A stretch of DNA of 58,074 bases, the filler included, from Platydemus manokwari (taxonomy: Eukaryota): the NCBI GenBank assembly GCA_037951405.1. It is 5 parts of 5 records of this genome, joined end to end, with 100 filler letters (N's around TTAATTAATTAA, not from the genome) between each part and the next. Parts side by side here need not be neighbours in the genome. Positions count along the whole stretch, not along the records: positions 1 to 16,051 come from JBBMOY011219210.1; 4 more parts are not named here. One strand, given 5' to 3'. This document shows positions 1 to 14,273 of this stretch, one piece after another. The position numbers were made by a program, and so were the translations under genes. Within the stretch, counting starts at the first letter, position 1. Each line of letters opens with the position of its first letter. The notes under the pieces were generated by a model. It ran no database searches, was not told the origin of the DNA, and saw nothing but the letters and a program-made list of their open reading frames with translations.

Positions 1-67
1 GAGAGAGTATCTGTGTGTGTATATTATATTAAATATGCAAACCTATATATAAGTTTGATGATTTCAG

Positions 68-602
68 ATTATGGGATATTAAAACTGGAAAGGAATCATG
101 GAATACCACTCTTGATCATATGATTTATGATATGGACATGGTGGGTAATAATCTGATTTTGGCATGTGGTAATGAAGTTTCGATTTGGCATATCAAATCT
201 GATGAGCCCGAACCTCTGACATTAGTGAAAAAATTCCCAACTGAAACCAAAATCTTTTCGGCAAGCTTGCATCCGTCGATGGATAAAGTTAATTTCCCAT
301 CCAATGAGGAATCGTTTAATACATTTGTTTGTTGTGGTGAAGATTTTCTCGTTTACAAATACAATATCGATTCGGGACATTTATTAGGTTTTATAAATTT
401 ATTTATCAAATATCAATATAATGATGCTGGTCAATTAGATTCTTGTAAGGCACATTTTGGATCAGTCCATTGTGTCAGATATTCTCCTGATGGTCATTTG
501 TTCGCAAGTGGTAGTGAAGATGGAACATTACGTTTGTGGCAAAATGTATTGGGAGAAAATTATGGATTATGGTATTTATCTAGTTCCGAAAAATCAGTAT
601 AA
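68..602 (+). CDS. STRAP: Serine-threonine kinase receptor-associated protein (STRAP/UNRIP), WD40 repeat; 3' exons only (68-387, 439-602)
   Basis: Acceptor tttcag ends at 67, then (R)LWDIKTG... SASLHP..CGEDFLVYKY and [40 protein letters not shown] match the STRAP C-terminus ([30 protein letters not shown]...YGLW). Removing the 51-nt GT-AG intron 388-438 restores GHLLDSCKAH. Confidence 0.9.
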
Positions 603-3600
603 TGATCTGAATAGATAATTTTCAATTTTTATTTGTCTCTTTTTTGAGTTATGAAATTGATGGAAAGATGGGAGGGGTAACTTGATAGTTAATATTCATA
701 GTTCATGTCACATAGTTACATCAGAGATAGAAAACATATTGTTGATCTTTGCTTGATAAATTATTTGGAAATGAACTAATTTTAACCTTGCTAATCATAA
801 AAATGGTTTTTTTTGCCAAAAATTATTAAATATGCACAAATTTTCAACCAAAATCAATGATTTTTTTTTTCCAAAATTTTCGATTTTTTCACTAATATTT
901 TTAGATTTTATGAGCACATTTCAATTTATCTTGTTCAAGAATTACCATATAGCAATTTTTTCTATTTTCATCAGATCAAGTAAACACTTGATATTATAGA
1001 TTATTCCTCATTCCTACGTAACTAGTTCTATTAATCATAATCTAATGTTGGTGATATTCAAAATTTGAATAGTTTGTAAATGCTTGTTAAATATCAATAA
1101 GAAAATTTAAAATAACTTTAAAATATATTCAAAACATATTTTAAATGATCTTTTGAAATCAGAAATTAACAAAGAACAAATCTATAAATTCAAAAGTCAT
1201 TAACCTGTTGATTGAAACTGGAACACAAGATTTATAATTGTTAATTAATAAATGAAATTTTGTTTTAAATATTCGGTTGTGTCAATCTTAAGTTAATTGC
1301 ATTTGATTATTTTTCAAATCGCCTTTGATACATGGTAAAGATTTAGTCATATTGCATTCACTTTGGCCGTATATAACAAGTTGTTTGTCATTTCAAAATG
1401 ATTCTGTATTTGTAAAATTATTTTCAAATGTTTTATTTCTTTGAGGTGGTTGTTCTGTCGTTTGAATTGAATTTATGCTAACTAGCGCTTAGCTTTCTAT
1501 AATAATGATTGTTACACTGTATATTCATTAATTTAATAAAAATGATTAGTCTGTTTATCATATTACAATTTTAATATTGTTATCTATACATCTCGATTCA
1601 TATAACTTGGAATTCTCATGGGCTGAAATATGTAGCAGTATATATTTATATTAATAAGTTAAGTCGATTAAACATTATGTATATTTTGATAAAAAAATAT
1701 CGATATGTTCACTATTTGGGATTGAAATACTTGTTATATGGGAAATTATCAATAACTAATCCAATGGATATAGGTGCGTTAGTAAACAAGTTTGCTCAAG
1801 CAGTTGTAATTGCATAGGATGTTGTCAAAAAATTGCATATATCCGTATAAACAAACACAAGTACCAAATTAAAACGAATAACAGTAAAGATTCTGTGTAT
1901 TCTAAGCTATGCGCACACATTTATAAGTAATTATAATAACCTATAAGAGATTTGGAAAGCAGAAGTTGACATTACATAAAAACTAATAAAATTTTGGATA
2001 GGCAGATGTGAAATGCAAAATGAATATATAATTTTCAATAGAAAATGCGGAAAAGAGGCCCGCAGAATTATTATTTGTTGCTGTAAAGGATAGATTTATA
2101 TCAAATGCTTTCGATAACTCAGAAATCAAAGGATAAATAATAATTCCCTTGTTAAATAGTGAATAGTTTAAATTAGATGTTTAATAAGTTTTCTAATCAC
2201 TTTAATTTGTATTTAATTAATTTATAGTTAATTTGAAGATGCATTATGTTTTAGGGATGCTTAGTTTATTTTTCTGTGAGACTTAATTCCTTCATTCTTG
2301 GTCTTTTATGCTTAATATTTATAAATTATGAGATTGCAGTAGAATGCAGTAAAATTATTAACACAAAATAATAGTACAAATAAATAATTAAGTTTGACAA
2401 ATTGTGTATGAAAAATTTATTGTTATCAAAATTAATAAATGATATTAGGCGTTATTGTGTGATAGAATTTATGAAATAAGTCACGAAGATAGATAAATAG
2501 TAGAAATGATCTTACAAAGTAAAATATATATGCAACATGATATCGACAAAATTCTACAATAACACAACTCGATCACAGTTTAATTCATGATTACGAAACT
2601 CCTCAAGATCAGACTTCCAAACCAATTGAATTTTTTTATTACATAAGTGATGTGAAGTAGTAGTATTTGCCAATTATCACATTATCTCGGTGATCAAGTT
2701 CAATATCAATATTTGTTAAATTATTACTTAATAGCCGGCAATATCTATCACAAGATTATTTCATCGAGAGTTAATTAAGCAGTGCACACTAATATAAAGA
2801 AGGTTAAAGTTAATACACTGGTACTAAGTAAGATTTGATAGATCATTATTATTTTGGGAACCAAGAAACATGGAAAAACTGACATTATACTCGGACAGTG
2901 AAATAAATGATGAGAAAATGCCTAAAATATTAGCTCAAAAGAACAATGGAAGTAAAAATTGCTGATACAAAGTCGGCAACATATGTCACAATATCAAGTA
3001 AATATGGGCTAACAGAAAAATAAAATGATAACGAAACTAAAGCTCATAATATGTGGCAATGATAGAACAGTCTAAAAAAGACAGAGAAGAGTTGAAAAAG
3101 AAGAAAAGAACAGGTGAAATTCTAATCTTCCAATGCAAACCAAATGTTAAATGAAAATTTACACCTATGACATTTATGGAATTTATCTTGATATTAAATC
3201 AACATCAATGCCGATATTTGTACCATGACTGATTATTATTTATTGATTATTTAATAATTATTAGTGTTGTACCAAAACAATTATTTCAAACAAATGATTA
3301 TGTTTATTAAAAGGTTGTATAAAAATGTTTATTTTACGCGTAAAATACTGTTAGATATAAACCCATAGCAGCAACACACACAAATATATAAATAAATATA
3401 TAAAAATATACAAATATAAATAATATTTAAATTAAAATATGAAATGTTGGGCGTAAATATGATGAAATACAAAATTATGATTAAATAAACATTTAAAAAC
3501 ATGTTGGCATGGTAATATCTTAAAGATTAAATTGTAAATTCAAATCACCATGATAATATAAAAAATCACCATGGGAAAATGGAAATTAAAGAAAAATTAA

Positions 3601-6600
3601 GCGTCACATCAACAAATCAGAAACCTATACAAGCAGATAGCTCAGAGCAGTAAACGCTCAAATTTCTTGCATCGAAAATTGGTATACGTGCTCATATGCT
3701 TAAAATTTTCAGCAGAAGTATTCTCAGCGCATTCTGGGCATATTTTGGCACGCACAATATTCCGTACGGAATTTTACAATCAATCAAACAGTAACTAGCT
3801 CATTAGCAGAATTATAAAAATATTCGCAAGCACAAGCCATCAGTTATTATTTTGTATCTATAATCAAATTTATTCCATTACAATTTTTGATGAACATTAT
3901 TGCTGTCATCATTTTCAACGTTTTTCCAACAATCTCTGGCGGGGTATTGGTTAATATTAATTAAATATTAATTAAATATCAATTAAACTAATCACGGAAA
4001 GTCGATTCGAATTTGTTGTGCGATAAAATTAGATCTACTTTTTTCAAATTCGCAGTAAAGTGACATTAGTTCTCTCAGCCGATTACCACTTTTAAACTCA
4101 TGCATCACACATTTGATAACCATATAACTCGAGTTTGGTAATTATTACTCGTTACCTATTATTCTGTAAGCATCAAATATCTTTTCTAACTTAAGATACT
4201 AATTTACTGAATAGTTCATCGATAAATTATTACTGAATTATTCCTAATCGTCACCACTTCTCGAATTCATAATAAAATTCCATCAACATATATTATTATT
4301 TATAAATTTTGAATTATTATTCATTAAATTTAATAAGAACTGATAAATAGATCAAGACAAAAAATTGATTAAGTTTAACAACTTGAGAATTTTAAAGGTT
4401 AAAATCATAATCATGTGGATAATTCAAAAATTTAAAATAACGGTACAAAATATCGAAAAACAATAAATTTTCCTAATTTTCGTCGGCTAAAAAGTCCCCA
4501 TAATCAACTATTATATAAAACTTAGATAACTTAGTTTCAGCGGTTGAAAAGCTTCGATAAATTAGTTTTGACAAATTATATTTAATTGACGAACTAACAT
4601 CTGAGAAAATTAAACGGAATAGCTATCTTATTAAAATTTTAGTAAAGATTTTTCATTATTAATCTCAAGAAAGTGCCATAATGCTCGGCCAATTTTGGAG
4701 TTCTGATAACTTAGCTTTAAAATCTATAAACTAAAATTATTAAGATCACAACCAAGTTCTTGAAATCTCAGCAAGATCATTTTATTTATTGTTACAAAAT
4801 TTCGTTTGAGTTAAACAGTGTAATTCAATATTTAATATTCAAGAAAATTATTAAGTAATTTTGGATTGTAATTATAATTCATCACATAAATAAATGTATC
4901 CCACATTTTGAACACTTATTAAACGGACGTTTATGTGTTCGTGTCAAGATAACCATATCAATTAGCTTTAAATTGATCGTTTGAGTTCAATTGTGTTCTT
5001 GTCATTTGATTTAAATAAATATTTATAATCAACAAACCGATGGCAATTTTCATACAAGACAGTGTAACAATATCAAACTTTTCAGTTTCCAAGTGTTAAT
5101 GAAAATCTGCATTTATGTGAATTGGAATATTGGTACACGCAATGGGGATAGCTATCTTTCACTTTATATCGGTTTTGGAGGTGAGATGCAAAGTGGTAGG
5201 GGCTTGATTTCTTTTGGTAGAATTTATGAGGTGATTGGTCACATCATCGGTTCTGATAATTCCTAGAATTCCGACTCTACTTCTCTCATAATGGTGAGTC
5301 GATGATTATTGTACATCCACAATCTGTAATGTAAGATACATTAATTTCTTTGTTCAATTAATATTTTTACATATAATCATCATCGTAGAAATTTAAGGAA
5401 AAGCAAATTAAAAAATAAAATTAGTTGTAAAAAATTTATAAAATAAAATGAGTAAAATAACATATAAATTGAATTGAAAAATGGTACAAAGGACCACAAG
5501 TAATTTAAAAATAATAAATGATGAAATAAATGATATGATTAATAAATTTTGCAGGTAATCACTGAGTCCTAATCTTTTATTATACATTCAACATACTAGT
5601 CTGTTAGGAGTTAGATATTGCTAATATCATATAAGCAAACCAATAAAAACTAGAACTCCTTTAGATTCACAATATTATCATTTTATATAATAGCAAACCC
5701 TAACGCAATTTAAATAAGACTTGTAGACATTTTTTCCTGAATAATCACAGGCAGAAGGAGATATAACCTTAGCATTGAGTAGCAAATAACTGGCTGATCA
5801 CAATCATATTCGCCATATTCAGGCACAATGAAAACCTTTGGATTGACTAGGTTTAAAAATAACAATTTTGGCTTTTCCAGCTAAGAAGTAAGTTTATTTT
5901 TTCTTATTGTCATAGTTCAAATTTTTAGGACGCAATTTCAGTGAACTAATGGAGCAAAAAATTAAGAAATGGTAAAACATCAGAGAACTGATATTTTTAA
6001 AAAAGAAATTGATAGATAGAACGATGAATGCCACACATACATATCAAATAGAAACATAATGTCCTGAGGTACATTAATATTGAATATTTTCTTTTCTATC
6101 GCTTATTGCACAATTTACAGAGACAATGCTATTGGTATCTACATAGATTCAAATCTAAAAAATAATTTTAAAATAATTTAAAACAACGATAAAATTATGT
6201 TAGTTTGGTATTGGCTGATTATTACAAAGTTTGTGTTTAGAATTTTAATCGATAGTGTTCTAAATATAAATATCTTGTTATTTAAGTAGTAACGTGATTT
6301 TATCTATACATCTAATGGAAAGACAATTATTGTACTTAAAGAATTTATTTGGAAAGCAAATGAAATACTAAATTGATCATAAAGAACAAAAATAATTAAA
6401 AATTAATTCCAATGTCCTACACGCTACGAAAGTCATTAACCGATTATATGACCGCAGACAAAGGACGGAGACAGGCAATCAATTATTAATAAATGTGCAA
6501 AATGATAGGAAATCGGTAAATTTATAAGGACAATATGGCAATAAGGTATGTAAATGATTATACTAAAATGATAAATAAATTTACATAAAATTCAATGATA

Positions 6601-7663
6601 AATAGCTATACCAAAATCAAATGTCAAATAAAAAGGTGCTTGTTATAATTTATGAATAAAAGCCTTCTAACATTTCGATTGCTAAAATGTCTTCTGTTTC
6701 AAAATTGTCTCCGGGTTTCTGTGGTTCAGTACAATTAATTATTTTTATCGTGTTTTTCGCCTGATGTATTTTTGATTTATATACCAATGCACTTTCCAAT
6801 TATTTATGCGCGAATAATCATCTCTATGATTTACCTTATTATTTAATTATATTTCAAGCTTGATCCTAATTGTATTTTATGAAGTTTATTTTTATTTTAC
6901 TGCTACAATTTTATCATTATAATTTCTTTAACATTTTATTTATTCTTTTAATTGCTTTTTATGTCCATCTCATTTTTATATTGCACTGATTACATTTTTT
7001 ATAACATTATATTTAATTATTCTTTCATTTATTAATCTTCGCTTTTTACTTAGACATGAAAAGTGAATTCTAACTCAGTTATCGTGTTTTCACAATTAAA
7101 AAATATAAAGGGCCATTACACAAATTACTTTTGGTAAGTCAAAAGAATGGATGAAATCACAAATTGATTGCTATCAAGTTATTGCGATGATTGGCAATTA
7201 ATAGTAGAAGGGTAGTAGAGATTGGATGAATAGACAATTGATTGATAATGAAGATCAGGTGGATTGATAATAAATTTTTGGATGATGGGGACCGGTGTTG
7301 ATTGTTCATGTTGTGGATAAAAAGGAATCATTTAAAAAGGAATAATTCTAAAGTAAAAAGATTAAAAAGGGATGGAATCAGAAAGGTTCGTCATCATAAA
7401 GCCTTTTGAAAGTATAAGCATCGAAAGGCTTACCAGAACCATTATCAACGAATTGCCTTTGTACATCTCCATGAACACCTTGTTCTCAGGGAGAAACCTA
7501 CACACAAGCCGAAGGCTGTGACAATCAGATGTATGTGTAAGTGAGCATTTCGATATTTATGTGGCAACTGAACAATTTTTGTGCTAACTTTTACAATAGC
7601 TTTCAAATCGACGACAAAAATTTACAAAAAACTTGCCTGAAGCGCTGACGCTTTCTAAAAATA

Positions 7664-7860
7664 TTAAGTAATTCTGGTTACTTTCGAGTACGTACAAGTA
7701 ATACAATTCCCAAAGGAAATTAAATTCATCGCTATCACAGGTCTCTTGTGACAAAATTCATTATTTTTAAAAGTTAAGTAATCAATCTCGTGACCTGGAT
7801 GTTCGTAAAATCTCTCATTTTGTTCAATAGAATCACTCGACTTCAATAGAATCTAACTGC
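7664..7860 (-). mobile_element. Possible decayed Penelope-like GIY-YIG endonuclease C-terminal fragment
   Basis: SIEQ...HPGHEIDYLTFK resembles the S(A/S)IxxH...GHxIDxxxF(K/E)I segment of Penelope GIY-YIG domains. Short and degraded. Confidence 0.3.
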
Positions 7861-8625
7861 TCCACGTACATTTGTAGTGATATATTTTATTACGAATCTA
7901 ATTAATTTTATCTACATAAGATAAAAAATTAAGAAATTAGAGGTCAAGTCATGTCCAAAAATAGAATAACAACAAAAACTACTAAAAATAACTACGTTGA
8001 CTAAAAATAGTAACGCACACATAGCAGACAACGAAAATAGTAACACAAGGTATTTAGCATTGAATGCTGCTAAAAAAAAGTCATGCCTCATAAAAAACCA
8101 TGACAGAAATTGAAACAGTATATAAACGAGTGTTACTAGTCACTCTATGCACATTATTTTAAGTATAATGATTTAGGCTCAATATTACGAATTTATCATA
8201 TTATTAAACATTTATTCGAACGAATATTGTTATTGTTCATTTTCCGTTTCCAATGTGAAGTTTATTATTTTTCAAGCCAGTTGTTATGAAGATATTTTAC
8301 GCAAATGAGTATTTTTTTATTGTAACCATAATAATTAACTTTAGATACACGAACTAAAATATGCAATTTATATATTTATAGGCGATATTCATTAAATGTG
8401 ATTAGTGTAATCTAAATTGAAACCTATCTTCAATTGTTCGGTTGAAAATTCAATTATTTTTATCAAATGATAATAGAACTTTAAAATAATTAAAACCATT
8501 ATTGAATTTATTTATATATTGGTTAATAAATTATTATGAATATTGTTTTAAAGCTTCGTTACCATGAATATATTTCAAAATAATTTACTTTAAAATTAAA
8601 ATTTTTTACAATTATATGTAATATT

Positions 8626-9076
8626 ATGACAACCACTTTAAAAAAGCAAGATATTCCTAAGAAAGATGGTAATAATACATATATCATCCGTCCATCATTT
8701 AATCAAAAGTTTCGACCATTGAAAGCCAATACTATTGTAAAAGAAATATTGAAAGAAAGATTGTCTGATAAATCTTATAATGCCCAAGAAGTATCGGGTA
8801 ATAAAATTATAATTGTTTATTGTTGGTTTGTGATCGATGTCTTTAGATTTAACAAAGGATTTAAGCCGCGAATTGCAAAGTACTCTCGCAAGTAAATTAC
8901 AACTGGAACGATATAAAATAGCAGTACAAGTTGTTATTGCTGAACATCGAGCCCAAGGAATAAAAATGGCTGCTAGATGTTATTGGGATTCTGATAGTGA
9001 TAATTGTATGCATGAATCTTTCATGAATAATTCTTTGATTTGTATTGTTTCTGTTTATGGAATTTATTTTTATTAA
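8626..9076 (+). CDS. TCTEX1D2: Tctex1 domain-containing protein 2 (dynein light chain, DYNLT2B); exons 8626-8797 and 8847-9076
   Basis: The 49-nt intron 8798-8846 (gtaata...ctttag) joins the two track ORFs in frame. Motifs NTYIIRP..KF and RYKIAVQVVIAEHRAQGIKMAARCYWDSDSDN...FMNNSLICIVSVYGIYFY are typical of TCTEX1D2. Confidence 0.92.
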
Positions 9077-10560
9077 ATATTTCGTTATTTATTTTAAACC
9101 AATTTTGATATTTTATTAACACTTTTGAAATCGTCTTTCTTGTTTTGAAGTGAAAATAATTTATTCAAAGTGTAAAAATTCTTAAATAATAGATATAATA
9201 GCTATGACAAGATATGATGTTATGAAGTAGATTTATGATTACAAACGACCTTTACAGCTGTAATAAGTGATAGTTAATGATAATGAAGTTAGCATTGGTT
9301 AATTTGTCGTTATTCAAATAATTAAATGGTAGATTGCAGAGTCAATTGTGAAAACTGGTAATTATCAAGGACAATCTCTTATCAAAAATTTAAACAACAA
9401 ATAAAAAAAACTAATATTTATTAAACATAAAGTTGTTCTTCACGAGGCGGTGGGAGAATACCTCATCTTGACTTTAATGATAAATATATGTTCTTTACAG
9501 TTGTATCTTCCTGTTGGAGTCTGCAACAATAGCAGGTCCCAGTGATTTTTTTGATTTTCTAATTTTGTGAGTGAGAACATTGTTAGTAGATTGAACCGGG
9601 ATTGGAGAAGACTGATCGAAATTTTAGCAATTTGTGTTGGAGTATTTGTCAAATCGAATAAATCTTTAAGCTCAACCTGCCGGAACGTCATCTCATCAGT
9701 TGTGTTTGAGTGAATTTGTGGTTGTTTGTTTTGTTGGAGATAGTAAAATTTTGAACGAATTTGTCGGTAGCTTTTTCTTATGTTTGTGTTGACGGGACGT
9801 TATTTGTTGACTTTAAGTTTTTGTGAATCTTGTGTTTGTGCTATAATTGGAATACTGGAATTGGAATCAGGACCTTTTGATCTGGTATTGGAGAATTGTC
9901 TGAGACGAATACATCACAATTGAGTTGAGGCATCAGTTATTGTCTCATCAGTTATCGGGAAAGAGTTTAAGCAGGGCGACACAATAAAGTAGTAAATTAA
10001 AAGTTAATTAAGGTGTTATTTAAAAAAATGCTATTATCTTGGCAATGCTTAACAATTCAATAAATATAATCTAAGATCAAATGTGTTGACTTTGTAAAAA
10101 ATTCGCGTTCGGTTCTGATTGGCAACGAAATTTTTCTGGTAACTTCGGATTCTTCTAATAATGTTTTTTGATGAATCTTCTCATGGCAATTATGATTCTT
10201 GACATAGCGAAACTTCATATGATCTGGTAATGTCGATTTTGTTATTGTGATTTTTTGTGGGGGTTTGTGCCTTAGATCACATTCTTTATGTATGATTTTT
10301 GCTCGGTGTCGTTCATATGTTGGCATAATTTTTAATATTTTTATTTTGTTCAGTTTATACGGTGTAATGATCGTTACTACATTTATTTTCCATTGTTATA
10401 TTTTATTTCTATTGTATGTTTTATTTTTCTTAACCAGATAACATCAGATATGATGTTACTATTTTTTATTTTCTTTGTGTTCATTCTGTTTGTTCCGATT
10501 AGATAAAATTGACCATTTTTGTATATTGTACTTTTATTATTATTATCGTTATTATCGCTA

Positions 10561-10562
<2 letters not shown>

Positions 10563-10627
<65 letters not shown>

Positions 10628-10636
10628 GTTGTTGTT
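10563..10636. repeat. (TTA)n microsatellite, about 21-22 units, followed by (GTT)3
   Basis: Directly visible. It explains the poly-I and poly-L ORFs in the track. Confidence 0.97.
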
Positions 10637-11653
10637 TGTTATTTTAATCATTTATTTAGAATTTGTCTCCTCTCACTCGTTTCGTACCGATTCACAATTT
10701 TAAAGAATTTAAACACTAGCCATATTAAAAGATAATTATTAAACATAATGATAAACTAATATTATTAGTATTAACCACTTCACATTAAGGCAAATAGAAA
10801 AGAATAATAAAATATAAATCAAAAATTCAAATCAATTCAAAAGCTTTTAAGGATTAGTTTTATGGATCAGTTACAAATAATTAGTTAAATGTAAGCATAT
10901 TGATTCTTCTTTGGGTTGGTCGAATTTGGTTGTGTTGATTATCAGATTTGTATTTGTTTTGTTGTAATGAGTTTGTATATGAAATTAGATTTGATAAGAT
11001 GGAGAAAATATTAATTATTGTGTTTTAATTATCTATTAACCTCGGGTCGTTGCTACCCTCAACATATAGATGAAAAGAAATTCCACTTGATAATATCTCA
11101 ATGAAAATAGGTTTCAACTTGATTTAAAGCTTCTATATTAAAGCGAAATTCATGTCATTGAAATATTTCTGAAAATTGAAAATTGAGAAATCTGTGTTGA
11201 CAATTCAAAGGATTATAATGTAATTTTTGATTATCTTCATTGTTTTCTGATTTCATAAACGACAGATTATGAACTGATCTTATTGATCATTAATAAATGT
11301 TAACTTTCTTTTGATATTGATAATAATTAAGATGGCCGCTCACGAGACTGGCTTGTATAAATAGTCGATCAGAATTTGATCTAAACACAATTTTCGAATC
11401 TGATCAAAATCGCACTTTTCAATTTTACAATGATCGCTTATCATTTTGTCGAGTTAATCGAGACACGCCTGGAGAATCACATTACACTTATTGTTACGTT
11501 CGGGCCTTATTGATTTCATTGTTTTATTAAGCTTAATGTTGTTTTATACCACTATTGTCTTAATCAGCAGATGTAATCTACCTTATTTTGATGTTCCTTC
11601 ACCTCGCACAACCATATTCTGTGTGGAAACAGTGATATATTTTAATTAACTAA

Positions 11654-12370
11654 ACTATCAGTCTCAAATTAAATAAAACTATTTGAACTTTTAACTATGC
11701 TAATACCAATGACAATGAGCAATGATTTAATGATCCCTATATGAATAATAACTGAAACTTGCTACTACCAAAGTTTATTAATAATTAACATCGATACAAA
11801 ACAATAATGAAATAAAAATTACTTATAAGGGACCTTAACAACTTCTGGATAAAGAAACGGTAAGCTTACTCCTACTATTGGAGCAGAACCAATTACCTTT
11901 TAAGATGATTGAGTGAAAACTCGATAACAAAGGATCAAACAATACAATATATTGATACAATATATCGATCTTACTGTGGGGGATCTTCCAGTAAAAATAC
12001 TGGGTATATAGGAAATCCTGTTCTTTGGCACTGAATAAGCTTCTATTGTGCGTTAATCGATTTGCAAAATAGTGTCTTATCCCGTATATGACAAATCGAT
12101 ATGACGTGTAATTGTGACTTCAGTACTGGAATGGAATTGTGACCGTGTCAATTGTGACTACTGCCTTATATAGGCAGTGTTGAATCACTCGCCGATATTC
12201 TCTGAGATTGAATCTAATGCCAGTGAATTTATTGATTTCACTGGAATATTTGTATCAATGACAGAAATTCTCTCCGATTAAATTTATGACACAGAAATAT
12301 TTTCATTGATTGAATTTAATCAAGCCGATATTTTATTCAGTCACAGAATTTATGCGGGCGAAAATAAAAA
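11654..12370 (-). mobile_element. LTR-like interspersed repeat, copy 1
   Basis: Shares collinear blocks with 13155-14050: ACTATCAGTCTCAA; GCAG(A/G)ACCAA..TTACC; CTTACTGT....TCTTCCAGTA(G)AAAATACTGGG; ACTGCCTTATATAGGCAG; GATATTCTCTG. The minus strand carries a TATATAAG box. Boundaries are approximate. Confidence 0.6.
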
Positions 12371-13154
12371 TCAATTTATTTATAATTTTATAAATTAATT
12401 TATTATTTATAGAATTTCAATTATTTTACATATAATATATAAATAATAATTATTATAAATTATATGGTATATAGTATAATATATAATATTTATTGGTATA
12501 ATATATATTTAATATAATATATAGTATTATATATTATTCTAAAAATTATATATTATACTATTTTAAGCAGATTTCACCCAAATATTCTGAGAGTTGTTAA
12601 GATATAAAAAATACACGATTATTAAATAAAAATTAATATAATAAAAATTAATGCACATTTCATATGTACTGTCATAAAAAATTTATACAATGTTGTACAT
12701 AGTTTTTTCAGTATGAATTAATTGATGGGCCAAAATCCCAACATTATAATCGAAAGGACCGAAAACCACAAAATGGATATAACAGTTAAAATTAACTATC
12801 TCTTCAACCCTTTTCTCAGTCCGCTTTCGGATTACCTGATACACTAGATGTTGAATAAAATATGACTTGTTTCAATTGTTATTGATATTTCTAATTTCAA
12901 TAAATAATTTGCACAATACGTTTGGGGTCATTCACTTTTGGTTTTTATTATTCTCTTCTATTGAACGAATTCTACGTCTTATCAGTACTCTGAGTCCGTC
13001 TTGAACCTCAGGTAGTAATATGACCTTATGAGTTTTGTGTTTATTCGCCTCAATGATCTCGACTTATATGGAAATAAGCGGATCGACTTTATTTTGGTAA
13101 TTGCCTCTATTATTGTCCTATTTATTGTATTGATTTTTGATATTATTGATTCTT

Positions 13155-14050
13155 ACTATCAGTCTCAATTAATAATGCACCAGAACAACTTCAAAGGGTG
13201 ATGAATAATAATGAATTATATATATTATGAAATTGTGATGGCTTAGGACTACTGGTAATTTTAAAACCAACTCAACGTGTGTATTACAATGATTTATTAT
13301 TAATTACAATTATACACCAATTACTACTTCTATGCAATTATGGGGATATAAATTACTATTTGTACGATACAGTATACAACTATTTACAATGAATACGATA
13401 TACAAATGATTTTATACAACTACTTTTATACACATAAACGAAGGGATTTATATACAATTCAAGGCAGCAGGACCAACAGTTACCCTTCGTACTATTGGGT
13501 CAGTGTCCGTTTTTTCAGAGTATTTTCCGAGCTCAGCTCGATAAATAGGAAGAATATGCGTTATAGATAATTGAATATGTGATTTTAAATGTATTATCTT
13601 ACTGTTTGTTCTTCCAGTAGAAAATACTGGGCATATCCTAATCCCAGTCCCGGCAATGAATCGCCGATGTTAGGTTCTTGTAAAAATCTAACTACCTTGT
13701 TCTAGTGTTCTCGTATTGTATATTGTGCCCTTTATTGTGCTTTAATGATTACGGTTACTGCCTTATATAGGCAGCGGTGAGTCATTCACAGATATTCTCT
13801 GTGAATTTAATTTAATGTCGTTCATCTAATGCACTATGATTTATCGTGGCTGAGAGAAACTCTCTGAAATTAATTCCACTAAGGCAGGTAATTTATTTTA
13901 TTTAATGTATGGCTATTATTTTATTTAATACATGGATATTATTTTATTTCAGCTGGATATTTTATTCGCAGTGAGAGATAATTTATTGCGCTGGATTATT
14001 TCAGAGATAAATTCACTATGTGTTTTGTTTTAATCAGTGAATTTATTATA
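13155..14050 (-). mobile_element. LTR-like interspersed repeat, copy 2
   Basis: Same collinear conserved blocks and orientation as 11654-12370. Boundaries are approximate. Confidence 0.6.
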
Positions 14051-14273
14051 GGGTAATTTTAATATGTTTAATTTTATTATATCAATGCCGGGTTTCTTAT
14101 TAATTATAGGGATTGGGGTTTAAATTATGTATTATTATATATTACTATATATAATATTCCCGTCAGTCACAAAATTCCTCTGAATTTTCATAAAAATGTT
14201 TTTATGCAGTAATAAAAATTATATAACATATTAAAAAAAATAACTTTATCAACAAATATGCAAAAATAATAAT

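Noticed and set aside
9440-10326. Two minus-strand ORFs of 83 and 89 aa
   Set aside because: No diagnostic motif. Possibly retroelement debris, but not supportable.
10475-10735. ORFs with poly-Ile and poly-Leu tracts
   Set aside because: They are translations of the (TTA)n microsatellite.
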